Below are positions 15,400 through 23,371 of a DNA stretch of 30,735 nt, piece by piece. The stretch is from IMG/VR virus record IMGVR_UViG_3300010366_000042, positions 1 through 30,735 of that record; one strand, written 5' to 3'. Made by a program: the position numbers and the translations under genes. The first letter of the stretch is position 1. Each line of letters opens with the position of its first letter. Below the pieces are notes generated by a model, which worked only from the letters and a program-made list of their open reading frames with translations, was not told the origin of the DNA and searched no databases. The stretch comes from a virus. Taxonomy: Duplodnaviria > Caudoviricetes.

Positions 15400-16224
15400 C
15401 TACGCGGCCCGGGCAAGTCGTACGACGAAACCGGAGGTATCCTTGCGCGCCCGGCCCTTAGCCTTGAGACCAAGAATTACCCCGGCCGGGTCCAGGAATC
15501 GCAAATCGTCCGCGTCCGCGTTGACCACACGGCGCCCAGCGTAAATGTCGGGTAGTGCTTTCTCGAATACGACCGCGACACTCCCACCGGCCGCGAGCAC
15601 AGCCGCGACGTCCGCATCGTTCACCTCACTACGCGAAAACGTGAGGTGATAGTTCGCGGGCATCTCACCTCGCGCATGTTTGATCGCGCGCTCAGGTGAT
15701 TTGGTGTAGTCGTAAAATTGCACATCCGGAAACGTCTCTAGAATGGTGCGACCATCGCGCAGTTTGCGTAGTTCGAACGGTACATCTGACGTGCCGTTGA
15801 GACGTACACACGGAATCAGTCCGTGCTTCCGAGCCCTACGAACGTGCGCCTCTATCTCACGCACAAGCACATCATTGAAGATGTGCCGGAAGTGGCGCAT
15901 TGCCAAGGTGCGATTGATACGCGCTAGTTGAATGTTGTTTGTCGTCTCGCCTTTCTTGAAAATGCCTCCGCGGCCGGCCAGATTCAAACACCCGGACGTG
16001 CAACCGGCCGAGCGCCAATGGCAGACGTCAATACCCGAAAGGTCCGCCGGCGCGAGGTGAAGAATGGCTGTGCTGTAGCCTTTCGCCCGGCCTTTCTTTG
16101 TCTTCGGGTTGTACCCGTCTGGGGTGAGCATGTTTGCAAAGCCCAGTGCCTTGTACTGCGCCTTGAGTGTCTTCGCGTTAGCGAGCGCGATCGCGCGCTC
16201 GCCTTGTGCTTCGGTTGTGTTCAT
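15400..16224 (-). CDS. GP88-family phage protein (radical-SAM-like Cys cluster)
   Basis: LHLAPA..SG.DVC-x6-C-x3-CL..AGRG, VRLNGTSD, VQFYDYTK, NYHLTFSRSE, DDLRFLD, GLKAKG.A.KD.SGFV. Confidence 0.8.
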   Translation of the reverse strand: MNTTEAQGERAIALANAKTLKAQYKALGFANMLTPDGYNPKTKKGRAKGYSTAILHLAPADLSGIDVCHWRSAGCTSGCLNLAGRGGIFKKGETTNNIQLARINRTLAMRHFRHIFNDVLVREIEAHVRRARKHGLIPCVRLNGTSDVPFELRKLRDGRTILETFPDVQFYDYTKSPERAIKHARGEMPANYHLTFSRSEVNDADVAAVLAAGGSVAVVFEKALPDIYAGRRVVNADADDLRFLDPAGVILGLKAKGRARKDTSGFVVRLARAA

Positions 16225-16556
16225 CGGTTGACCTCAGTCACAATCGCGCCGTCACCGGCGTAGAACATCGTGCGCGCAAGGTGAACCTTGCATACACGGA
16301 CGGAATGATTGTCAGTGTCCGTAACCACGTAGGCTACGTCGCGATCATCGCAATACTCACAGAGGTCCGCCGCTTGCCGCGCCAATAGTGCCGCATGCTT
16401 GCGCGCATTGCGCAGCAACAAGAAGCTACGTCCTACGCGGCCGTCCCGGCCGTCAACAATGTAGTAGAAGCGCTCGCGCCCAGTGCCGTACGTCTCAATT
16501 TCGTACGGCCCATAGACCATACTGCGCCCAGCGGAGCGCTCTTCGGTTGTGTTCAT
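16221..16556 (-). CDS. Hypothetical protein (111 aa), probably leaderless
   Basis: ATG lies 7 nt after the -10 TATAGT; CEYC...CKVH; ATGA overlap with the GP88 gene. Confidence 0.7.
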   Translation of the reverse strand: MNTTEERSAGRSMVYGPYEIETYGTGRERFYYIVDGRDGRVGRSFLLLRNARKHAALLARQAADLCEYCDDRDVAYVVTDTDNHSVRVCKVHLARTMFYAGDGAIVTEVNR

Positions 16557-16563
16557 CGCGCAC

Positions 16564-16657
16564 ACTATATGCGCGCTTGACGCATAGGACAAGGGTAATG
16601 GTCCGTTTTGTGACACCGGTAACGTCCAGGTAATGAGCTCGTAAAGCTACGGTTGAG
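16564..16657 (-). promoter_or_regulatory. Promoter cassette copy 2: TTGTCC-N17-TATAGT, operator TATGCG-N7-CGCATA (16568-16586), 11-bp phased repeats 16619-16657
   Basis: Near-consensus promoter; perfect 6-bp inverted repeat in the spacer. Confidence 0.7.
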
Positions 16658-16664
16658 ACAGACT

Positions 16665-16691
16665 AGAGAGAGAGAGAGAGAGAGAGAGAGA
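16665..16691. repeat. (AG)13A microsatellite
   Basis: Directly visible in the intergenic region between the divergent transcription units. Confidence 0.95.
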
Positions 16692-16773
16692 TAGGGTGTT
16701 ATGACCATATATCGCGATAAATCGCCTATCACCGTTGCTGGGCCCCGGTCAATATCTTTACGCTCGCGCACAA

Positions 16774-17235
16774 GTGGCCGCCACCGCTCATAACCTCGCG
16801 CATAACCCTACACCTCGACAACTCGCGGCTGAGGTCAGACGCGAAGAAAGACGAGCACGCGCGCGCGACATCTTCCTAGAGGCACTAGCGCGCGACGGTA
16901 ACCTCACCTCCGCATGTCGTGTGGCCGGTGTCGGCCGAGCAACCGTCTACGTGTGGCAGGAAGAATCAGACCAATTCTCCGCGGCTGTGCGTGAGGCACA
17001 ACTACAAGCAACCGAAGTGCTCGAAGCGGAGGCTTGGCGCCGAGCGCGCGATGGCACACCGGAGCCTATCTACAACCGTGGTCAGGTGGTTGGCACAGTC
17101 CAGCGCTACTCCGATCAACTCCTAATGTTCTTACTGAGAGCGCGGGCGCCCGAGCGCTATCGCGACCGTGTAGATGTGAGTGTCACTCCGGTGATAAAGG
17201 CAGTCGCCGGGTTTGATCCGGCAGACGTCATCTAA
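16774..17235 (+). CDS. terS: Terminase small subunit (HTH); start uncertain (16774 GTG or 16735)
   Basis: FLEALARDGNLTSACRVAGVGRATVYVW HTH; LEAEAWRRA; YSDQLLMFLLRARAPERYRD; lies upstream of terL. Confidence 0.8.
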   Translation: MAATAHNLAHNPTPRQLAAEVRREERRARARDIFLEALARDGNLTSACRVAGVGRATVYVWQEESDQFSAAVREAQLQATEVLEAEAWRRARDGTPEPIYNRGQVVGTVQRYSDQLLMFLLRARAPERYRDRVDVSVTPVIKAVAGFDPADVI

Positions 17236-17314
17236 CCTATGTCTCCGGCAATTCAAGAACAGCCGGACACAGCGGCCGCCACCGCATGCCGCGCTCAGCT
17301 GACACGCGTTCTAA

Positions 17315-17430
17315 GGGCGCGCGCCAGGCGCCCGCACGCGCGCGCGACCCCCGCGGGTACCACCCGCGGCTCGTTTCGGCGCCCTGGCTTTACCCGGACA
17401 GTGAAGTTCAGAGAATTATTTTTTCTTTGT
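17315..17430. other. terS-terL spacer with a CG tract, hairpin and T-rich patch; candidate packaging site
   Basis: CCGCGGGT-ACC-ACCCGCGG (17351-17369), CGCACGCGCGCGCG, AATTATTTTTTCTTT; the base skew appears to flip here. Confidence 0.35.
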
Positions 17431-17456
17431 GTGAGAAGGGGGTTGAGCTCGGGGGC

Positions 17457-18788
17457 GTGGTAAGTCGGGCGAGTGTCGAGCGAGGGAAGCGGCGAGTAGA
17501 GAAAGAAGAAGAGCGGAGTTTCAGGCCGTGGGGGAGTGCGCTGGCGCTGATGAGGATGCGTGAGCGCGAGGTGTTAGTGGCGGGACCGGCGGGTACGGGG
17601 AAGAGCCGGGCATGTTTAGAGAAGCTGAACCTGGTGGCGATGCAGGCACCGATCCGTGGGGCGATAGTGCGGAAGGTGAGGAAGACGCTGAGTCAGGCAG
17701 CGCTGGTGACATTTGAAGAGAAGGTAATGCCGAAGCCGCATCCTGCGCGGTTCTGGACGGAGGACCAGGAGTACAGGTATGGGAGTGGGGCGGTAGTAGC
17801 GGTCTGTGGGCTAGACGATCCTGAGAAGATCAAATCGACGGAGTTTGATTTGATTTATGTACAGGAGGCGACGGAGCTTGAGCAATTGGACTGGGAGCTG
17901 CTCGTGTCCAGGCTACGAAACGGGCAACTCAGCTATCAACAGATCATCGCTGACTGTAATCCCGCGGACCCCTTTCACTGGATCAAGCAGCGATGTGATC
18001 GAGGTGAGTGTGTTCTGCTGGATTCACGGCATGAGGACAATCCGCTTCTCTACGACCACGAGCGGGGAGAGTGGACAGAGTTTGGGCGAAGGTATCTAGA
18101 GACGCTGGATACGTTGACGGGGTACACGTATCAGCGATTGAGGTTAGGGCAGTGGGTCGCAGCGGAGGGGATGTACTTCACGGAATGGAATCCTGAGGTA
18201 CATGTGGTAGACAGTTTCGAGGTACCCGAGGAGTGGCCGCGGTGGGTGGGGGTAGATTATGGGTTTGCGAGTCCGTGGTGCTGCTTATGGCTGACGCGGG
18301 ACCCGGAGACGAGGGTGGTGTATGTGTATCGGGAGCGGTATGGGGCTGGGCTGAGGGACGAAGAGCAGGCGCAGGAGATTTTGCGGGCGAGTGAGGGGGA
18401 GCGGCTAGTAGCGAAGGTATTGGACCCGAGCATGTTCAACAGTAGGAGTGAGCAGATGCGGCCCAGTATTGCGCAGGTGTATGCGGGTGTACTGGGTGAG
18501 GTAGTAGCGGGGATGAACAATCGACGGACGGGGTGGTCGATTGTGCGGGGGATGTTGGATACGCGGAGAGAGGGTGGGCCGCGGCTGCGGGTGATGCGGG
18601 GGCGAGCTCCGAATTTAGAGCGGACAGTACCGGCGATGGTGATGGACCATCTGGATCCTGAGGACCTGGCGGACAAGGTGAGGGGGAACAAGACCGAGGA
18701 TCACGCGGTAGACGCCTTGAGGTATGGACTGTGTGCTGAGGCGCAGCCGGAGGCAGCGCGGGACGTGGTGGAGCTCCGCTGGGGATAG
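17457..18788 (+). CDS. terL: Terminase large subunit
   Basis: Walker A GPAGTGKS, Walker B IYVQEA, DCNP, HWIK, DNP, nuclease GVDYG, EDHAVDALRY. GTG 17457 preferred over 17286. Confidence 0.95.
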   Translation: MVSRASVERGKRRVEKEEERSFRPWGSALALMRMREREVLVAGPAGTGKSRACLEKLNLVAMQAPIRGAIVRKVRKTLSQAALVTFEEKVMPKPHPARFWTEDQEYRYGSGAVVAVCGLDDPEKIKSTEFDLIYVQEATELEQLDWELLVSRLRNGQLSYQQIIADCNPADPFHWIKQRCDRGECVLLDSRHEDNPLLYDHERGEWTEFGRRYLETLDTLTGYTYQRLRLGQWVAAEGMYFTEWNPEVHVVDSFEVPEEWPRWVGVDYGFASPWCCLWLTRDPETRVVYVYRERYGAGLRDEEQAQEILRASEGERLVAKVLDPSMFNSRSEQMRPSIAQVYAGVLGEVVAGMNNRRTGWSIVRGMLDTRREGGPRLRVMRGRAPNLERTVPAMVMDHLDPEDLADKVRGNKTEDHAVDALRYGLCAEAQPEAARDVVELRWG

Positions 18789-18791
18789 GGG

Positions 18792-19514
18792 ATGGTAGTC
18801 AGCGCGCAGCACTTCCGCGAAGTGACGAACGGGTTTGAGCAGACGAGCGGTGGGTTATGGACGCACCGTGGGCATCTGATTGCGCGGAGCACGCCGCAAC
18901 GGATGGCGAGTTCGCCGAACCCGTATCGGGACAGCAACGTGGAGTTGATGGTAGATACGCCGAACGAGCCGCGGCTGGGGTTCCACGAGAGCAACTCGAC
19001 GGCGCTGACGTTATACAAGACGCAGGGCAGCAACACCGAGCTGCGGGTTCGTGGGAATGATGGGACGGACTACCCGCTAGCTGGGAATGCGGGGTCGATC
19101 ACCACGGCGATGTTGCAGGCGAATGCGGCAACCTTGCTGGTCATCGACGCCGGGGCGTACAGCAACTTCTCGTCCACGTCGAGTGGGCAGTGGATCGAGA
19201 CACCGATCAACGGCAGCGGCAACTTCAGTGGTGCCCAGGTCAGAATCGACATCAGCACAGTGGTTATCTGCACCACTGCCACCATCAATATCTACATGGG
19301 TTGGGGGTGGGACGGTGCGGTCACGGCGTCGATGCTGCTGGTCTACTGCCCGCAGAACTACTACGTGCCGATGAACAGTTTCGTCTACACCGCCCCGCCG
19401 AGCGCGGGCACGCACAAGATGTCGATGTTCATCCACAACGCCAGTCCGAGCACCACGTTCGGGTTGTCGAACGCGATTCCCTCCCGTTGTAGCGTCATGG
19501 AGTTCCGCCGATGA
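18792..19514 (+). CDS. Hypothetical virion protein; beta-rich C-terminus, tail-fibre/receptor-binding-like
   Basis: GSITTAMLQANA linker then a Ser/Thr-rich beta-type domain ending PSAGTHKMSMF...VMEFRR. Confidence 0.5.
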   Translation: MVVSAQHFREVTNGFEQTSGGLWTHRGHLIARSTPQRMASSPNPYRDSNVELMVDTPNEPRLGFHESNSTALTLYKTQGSNTELRVRGNDGTDYPLAGNAGSITTAMLQANAATLLVIDAGAYSNFSSTSSGQWIETPINGSGNFSGAQVRIDISTVVICTTATINIYMGWGWDGAVTASMLLVYCPQNYYVPMNSFVYTAPPSAGTHKMSMFIHNASPSTTFGLSNAIPSRCSVMEFRR

Positions 19515-21646
19515 GTCTGGGCACGGGTGCGCCGACTGGCTGGTTCAAGAGTAGTAGTGCTCAGGACGCGATGGAACGTGGGACGATGGAGCTGGCGCAG
19601 GAGTTGCGGCGTCAGTTCCGGGATCGGGACGAATTGTACGCGGACATTGACGCGGTGCTGTTTGGGGAAGTGCCGGTAGAGATTCCGGAGGCGTACGCGA
19701 AGACCGCGCTCGAGGTGAGGAGTCCGCTGGCGTTGCACATTGCGACGACGGTGACGGCGGCGCTGAGTGTGAATCCGATGAGTGTGATGTTCAAGCCGGT
19801 GGGGTTTGGGGACGCGGCTCAGCAGAACAGCACGCTCAGGGAGAAGTACTTCGAGGCGAGTTGGAAGCGGCAAGAGGCCGAGTCCAAGCGGCAATTGCTG
19901 AGGTTGTTCTTGTGGAGCTTGGCGGTCAAGGGTGAGGGGATCCTGAAGACGGTCGAGCGCAGCAAGAGTGCGTGGTCGAGCTATGACCAGAAGGCGCAGG
20001 ACCTGCAGAAGGAATTGGACAAGGTCAAGGAGTACGACCAGGCGGCGCGGGACCAGCTGTACGACCATGGCACGGAGGAGTACAAGCTGGCGTTGCCGTA
20101 CCCGATCATGACGACGGACGTTCCGCCCGAGACGTTTTATTACACGAAGAACGAGAACGGGCTGACGAGCGTGGTCGAGGTGAAGGAAGTGCCGTATGTG
20201 GAGGCACTCGAGCGGTTCGGGGCTGGGCTGGATAGTAGCGGCAACGTGGTGGACCCGAAGACGTGGTCGGGGCTCGATCCGAGGGCGATGGAGTTGGCGC
20301 GGGCAGAGTGGACGCATCTGATGAAGGGTGCAGCCACGAACACGATCAGGTGTGTGGAGGCGTGGGACCACGAGGTGCAGGTGGTCTTGCTGAGCGGCCC
20401 CAATCAGAGGAACAAGTCGGGGAGTCTGGGGACGGCGACGCTGTGCAACGTGGTCAGGCATAGCTATGGGGACCCGATTTTGAAGACGCTGCGGGGTCCG
20501 TATTTCCATGCACTGGGGATCACGACGGCGAGCAGGCTACCGGAGCACGCGGGGCTGAGTATTCTGTTCGGGTTTCTGCGGTTGTTCCCGTTGCTGGACA
20601 GCTTGCTGACGATGCAGGGGAACGCGGCGTTTCTGACGGGGTTCCCGGCGTTCAAGAAGACGACGCCGCCGGGGGTGGTGCCGGGGCTGACGAGCGCGCC
20701 GTACGGCAATGATGGGCGGGAGAAGGCGAAGGGCGACGTGATCGAGCCCGGCAAGCTGTACCCGTACGACATTGCGCCCATTGACCAGCCAAAGAGTGGC
20801 ATTGATTCGGACAAGCTGATCGACAACATCAAGAGCATGCTCGAGTGGGCGTTGCCGAGCGCGGTACAGGGCCTGGTGGCCAGCGATCAGTCAGGGTATG
20901 CGCTGAACCAGGCGGCGTATCTGGCGCGATTGAGTTGGGACCCGATCGTGAAGAACGCGGAGGTTGCGCTGGGCGATCGGGTGGGCTTCGAGAGCTGGCT
21001 GATCGAGTCGAGGATAGGCGAGAAGGTCTACGCGTGGGGCGAGGAGGAGGCCAAGCGCGGGCGGAAGACGATCGCCGGTCAGACGAAGGCTGGCTGGGTA
21101 GGGGTAGGGCCGGACGATCTGAAGGGGGTACATCGGTACGAGGCGAAGCTGAGTCCGAGCACGCCGAGCAACGAGATCATTCAGATTCGCGCGATCGGTG
21201 AGAAGATGCAGTTGAAGTTGATCTCGTACGAGGACGCCGTGGAAGACGCGGGCAGTAATCCCGACGAGGTGGAGCGCAGCTGGCTACTGCACGACATCAA
21301 GAACTCGCAAGAGATACAGGGTGTGCTGAAGCAGAAGATCTTCCAGGAGCTCGCGACGATCATGGGCAAACAGATGAGTGGACCGGGTATGCCGAGTCCG
21401 CAGGAGATGGCCGGGGGGCCGGGGCCTGGTGCGACCGGGGTACCCGGTGGGACACCCGGTGCACCTCCTGCGGGTCCGCCCGGTGGCATGCCAGGCAATC
21501 CCGTGCCGAGTCCAGGGCAGGGATTACCGCTCGCCCCGCCGCCTCCAGCAGGGGCGGGCGGTGGCATGCCGCCGGGTGGGATCCCGGGCGCACCGGTGGT
21601 ACCGGGTCCGCCAGCCAATGCGTTGCCGTTACCTGGGGGCAGGTAG
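19511..21646 (+). CDS. Probable portal protein with a Pro/Gly-rich C-terminal tail
   Basis: Size and position after terL; LAVKGEGILK, VPPETFY, SGYALNQ are portal-like; low-complexity tail. Confidence 0.7.
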   Translation: MSLGTGAPTGWFKSSSAQDAMERGTMELAQELRRQFRDRDELYADIDAVLFGEVPVEIPEAYAKTALEVRSPLALHIATTVTAALSVNPMSVMFKPVGFGDAAQQNSTLREKYFEASWKRQEAESKRQLLRLFLWSLAVKGEGILKTVERSKSAWSSYDQKAQDLQKELDKVKEYDQAARDQLYDHGTEEYKLALPYPIMTTDVPPETFYYTKNENGLTSVVEVKEVPYVEALERFGAGLDSSGNVVDPKTWSGLDPRAMELARAEWTHLMKGAATNTIRCVEAWDHEVQVVLLSGPNQRNKSGSLGTATLCNVVRHSYGDPILKTLRGPYFHALGITTASRLPEHAGLSILFGFLRLFPLLDSLLTMQGNAAFLTGFPAFKKTTPPGVVPGLTSAPYGNDGREKAKGDVIEPGKLYPYDIAPIDQPKSGIDSDKLIDNIKSMLEWALPSAVQGLVASDQSGYALNQAAYLARLSWDPIVKNAEVALGDRVGFESWLIESRIGEKVYAWGEEEAKRGRKTIAGQTKAGWVGVGPDDLKGVHRYEAKLSPSTPSNEIIQIRAIGEKMQLKLISYEDAVEDAGSNPDEVERSWLLHDIKNSQEIQGVLKQKIFQELATIMGKQMSGPGMPSPQEMAGGPGPGATGVPGGTPGAPPAGPPGGMPGNPVPSPGQGLPLAPPPPAGAGGGMPPGGIPGAPVVPGPPANALPLPGGR

Positions 21647-22171
21647 ATGGCGGTACAGGGTGGCGACCAGTACACGGAGATTGCCCAGGACCTGGCGACG
21701 TGGATCAATCAGACGGCGCACGAGGTGGCGCTGGGCATGATGCCGCAGGGCAGAGCTCCGTTCAGTGCACCGTTGAGCGAGCAGCAGAAGTTGGACTACT
21801 ACACGCAGCAGTTGTTCAACGCAGATGGCACGCCGAATATGCAGGGCCGGCAGGCGCAGTTGCAGCGGCTGGGGCCCGAGAACTTTGCCAACGTGTTCAA
21901 AGCGGTGATCAAGGCGCACCCGGAGTTGAAGGTACCGAGCCCGCCGGAGGGGGCAGCGATTCCGCCGCCGACGATCGAGCAGATGGCCGCGGCCGGACCG
22001 GCGGCTCCGATGCCGATGCCTGGACCACCGATGGGTGGTGGGCTTGGACCGGGCATGGGTCGGATGCCCGCGGTGTTGCCCGGCGCGGCACCGGGCACAC
22101 TGACGCCGGGCGGGCCGGTGCCGGTGGCACCGGCGCGCTACCCGCAGGGGCCGCTCACGCCCGCGGGATGA
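21647..22171 (+). CDS. Hypothetical virion protein with a Pro/Gly/Met-rich C-terminus
   Basis: Abuts the portal stop codon. Confidence 0.75.
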   Translation: MAVQGGDQYTEIAQDLATWINQTAHEVALGMMPQGRAPFSAPLSEQQKLDYYTQQLFNADGTPNMQGRQAQLQRLGPENFANVFKAVIKAHPELKVPSPPEGAAIPPPTIEQMAAAGPAAPMPMPGPPMGGGLGPGMGRMPAVLPGAAPGTLTPGGPVPVAPARYPQGPLTPAG

Positions 22172-22182
22172 GGTGAAACGAG

Positions 22183-23367
22183 ATGCCCAATTACACGGTC
22201 CCGATTCCAGGTGGCGGCGAATACCACGTCAACGCCTCGAGCTACAGCGAAGCTCTTAATAATGTAGGCATGGGTGGCGGCGGAGGTGGTGGAGGTGGTG
22301 CCACTGCGAGCTCAGGTGGTGGTGGTGGTGGCGGCGGAGGCACGGGCGCCAACTGGCAAGCGGCGCAGATGGCGCTGTCGAACGCACAGCAAGCCGCCAA
22401 CCAGGCGTACCTGAACGCGAAGCTGAACCTCGAGACAGAGCAGCAGGCATTCGACCACGCGCAGCAGGCGTTCACCAACGAGATCACCAAGGCTGGGCTG
22501 ACCGGCATGTATCAGGGCGCGCCGACGCAGGCGGCCTTGCAGTACGGCGCCAACACGTTCGGGACGTGGGGTATGCCGCAGGCGGGCGCGGAGACGCTGG
22601 CGAGCCAGTTGCAGACGGCCAATCAGCTCGGCACGTATCAGGGCCAGCAGACGCTGGGCGCCCAGCAGCAGTACTTCAACCAGTGGCTCGCCGGACAGCA
22701 GCAAGCGCTCGCGCAGCAGAAGCAGCAGCAGGACACGGCCAATCAGTATCTGACGCTGCTCAGCCAGATGCGCGGACCGCAGAACTACTTCCAGTACCAG
22801 AACGTGTTGGGCAGTACGCCCGGTGGGATGCGCGACCTGGTCGCCGCGGCGATGGGCCAGTACGTACCGGGCGGCGGGGCGACGACGGGTATGCAGCCGA
22901 CCGCGCAGAGTTTGCAAGGCATGAGGCAGGACGTGCTGGGCGCGGGCGGTGGCACCAACATGATGGGCGCCCAGCAGTCGCAACCGGGACAGCCAGCCAT
23001 GGGCACGTTGCCGCAGATGACGGGCTATCAGCCGTGGATGGCGGGCGCCGCGGGTGGGCAGATGACGCCCCAGATGGCGGGTGGTGGCAGCTACAACCCG
23101 TCGAACGACATGCTGACGGGTGCGGGCCAGTACCAGCAGCAGCCGACGCAGGCCAATCAGATGAACCTGCCCGCGCCGAACCAGATCTCGTCGCAGGCGT
23201 GGAAGAACCTCGCGCCCAGTCAGCAGCAGTTATTGCAGAGTGCGTACGAGGCGCAGGGCTGGAACAAGGACGACGTGAACGCGCTGCTCAGCCAGAGTCT
23301 GCCCAAGTACGCGAGCAACGCGCCGAGCGCCGGGACGTGGCGATTGGGCAATACGCCAAGCTGGTAA
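22183..23367 (+). CDS. Gly/Gln-rich protein; candidate internal virion (ejection/pilot) protein
   Basis: RBS GAGGTG; poly-Gly and Gln-rich segments; lies before the SLT-containing giant gene. Confidence 0.7.
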   Translation: MPNYTVPIPGGGEYHVNASSYSEALNNVGMGGGGGGGGGATASSGGGGGGGGGTGANWQAAQMALSNAQQAANQAYLNAKLNLETEQQAFDHAQQAFTNEITKAGLTGMYQGAPTQAALQYGANTFGTWGMPQAGAETLASQLQTANQLGTYQGQQTLGAQQQYFNQWLAGQQQALAQQKQQQDTANQYLTLLSQMRGPQNYFQYQNVLGSTPGGMRDLVAAAMGQYVPGGGATTGMQPTAQSLQGMRQDVLGAGGGTNMMGAQQSQPGQPAMGTLPQMTGYQPWMAGAAGGQMTPQMAGGGSYNPSNDMLTGAGQYQQQPTQANQMNLPAPNQISSQAWKNLAPSQQQLLQSAYEAQGWNKDDVNALLSQSLPKYASNAPSAGTWRLGNTPSW

Positions 23368-23371
23368 TGCC

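Noticed and set aside
13465-16230. CAACCGATGAAC copies as a CRISPR array or integron attC sites
   Set aside because: The repeats are only 9-14 bp, separated by whole genes, non-palindromic, and there is no cas gene or integron integrase.
17286-17456. 57-aa N-terminal extension of TerL in the ORF track
   Set aside because: It runs through the CG tract, hairpin and T-rich spacer and does not look like terminase sequence; GTG 17457 is more plausible.
22272-22340. (GGT/GGC)n repeats as a mobile or CRISPR-like repeat
   Set aside because: They encode in-frame poly-Gly; there is no repeat-spacer structure.
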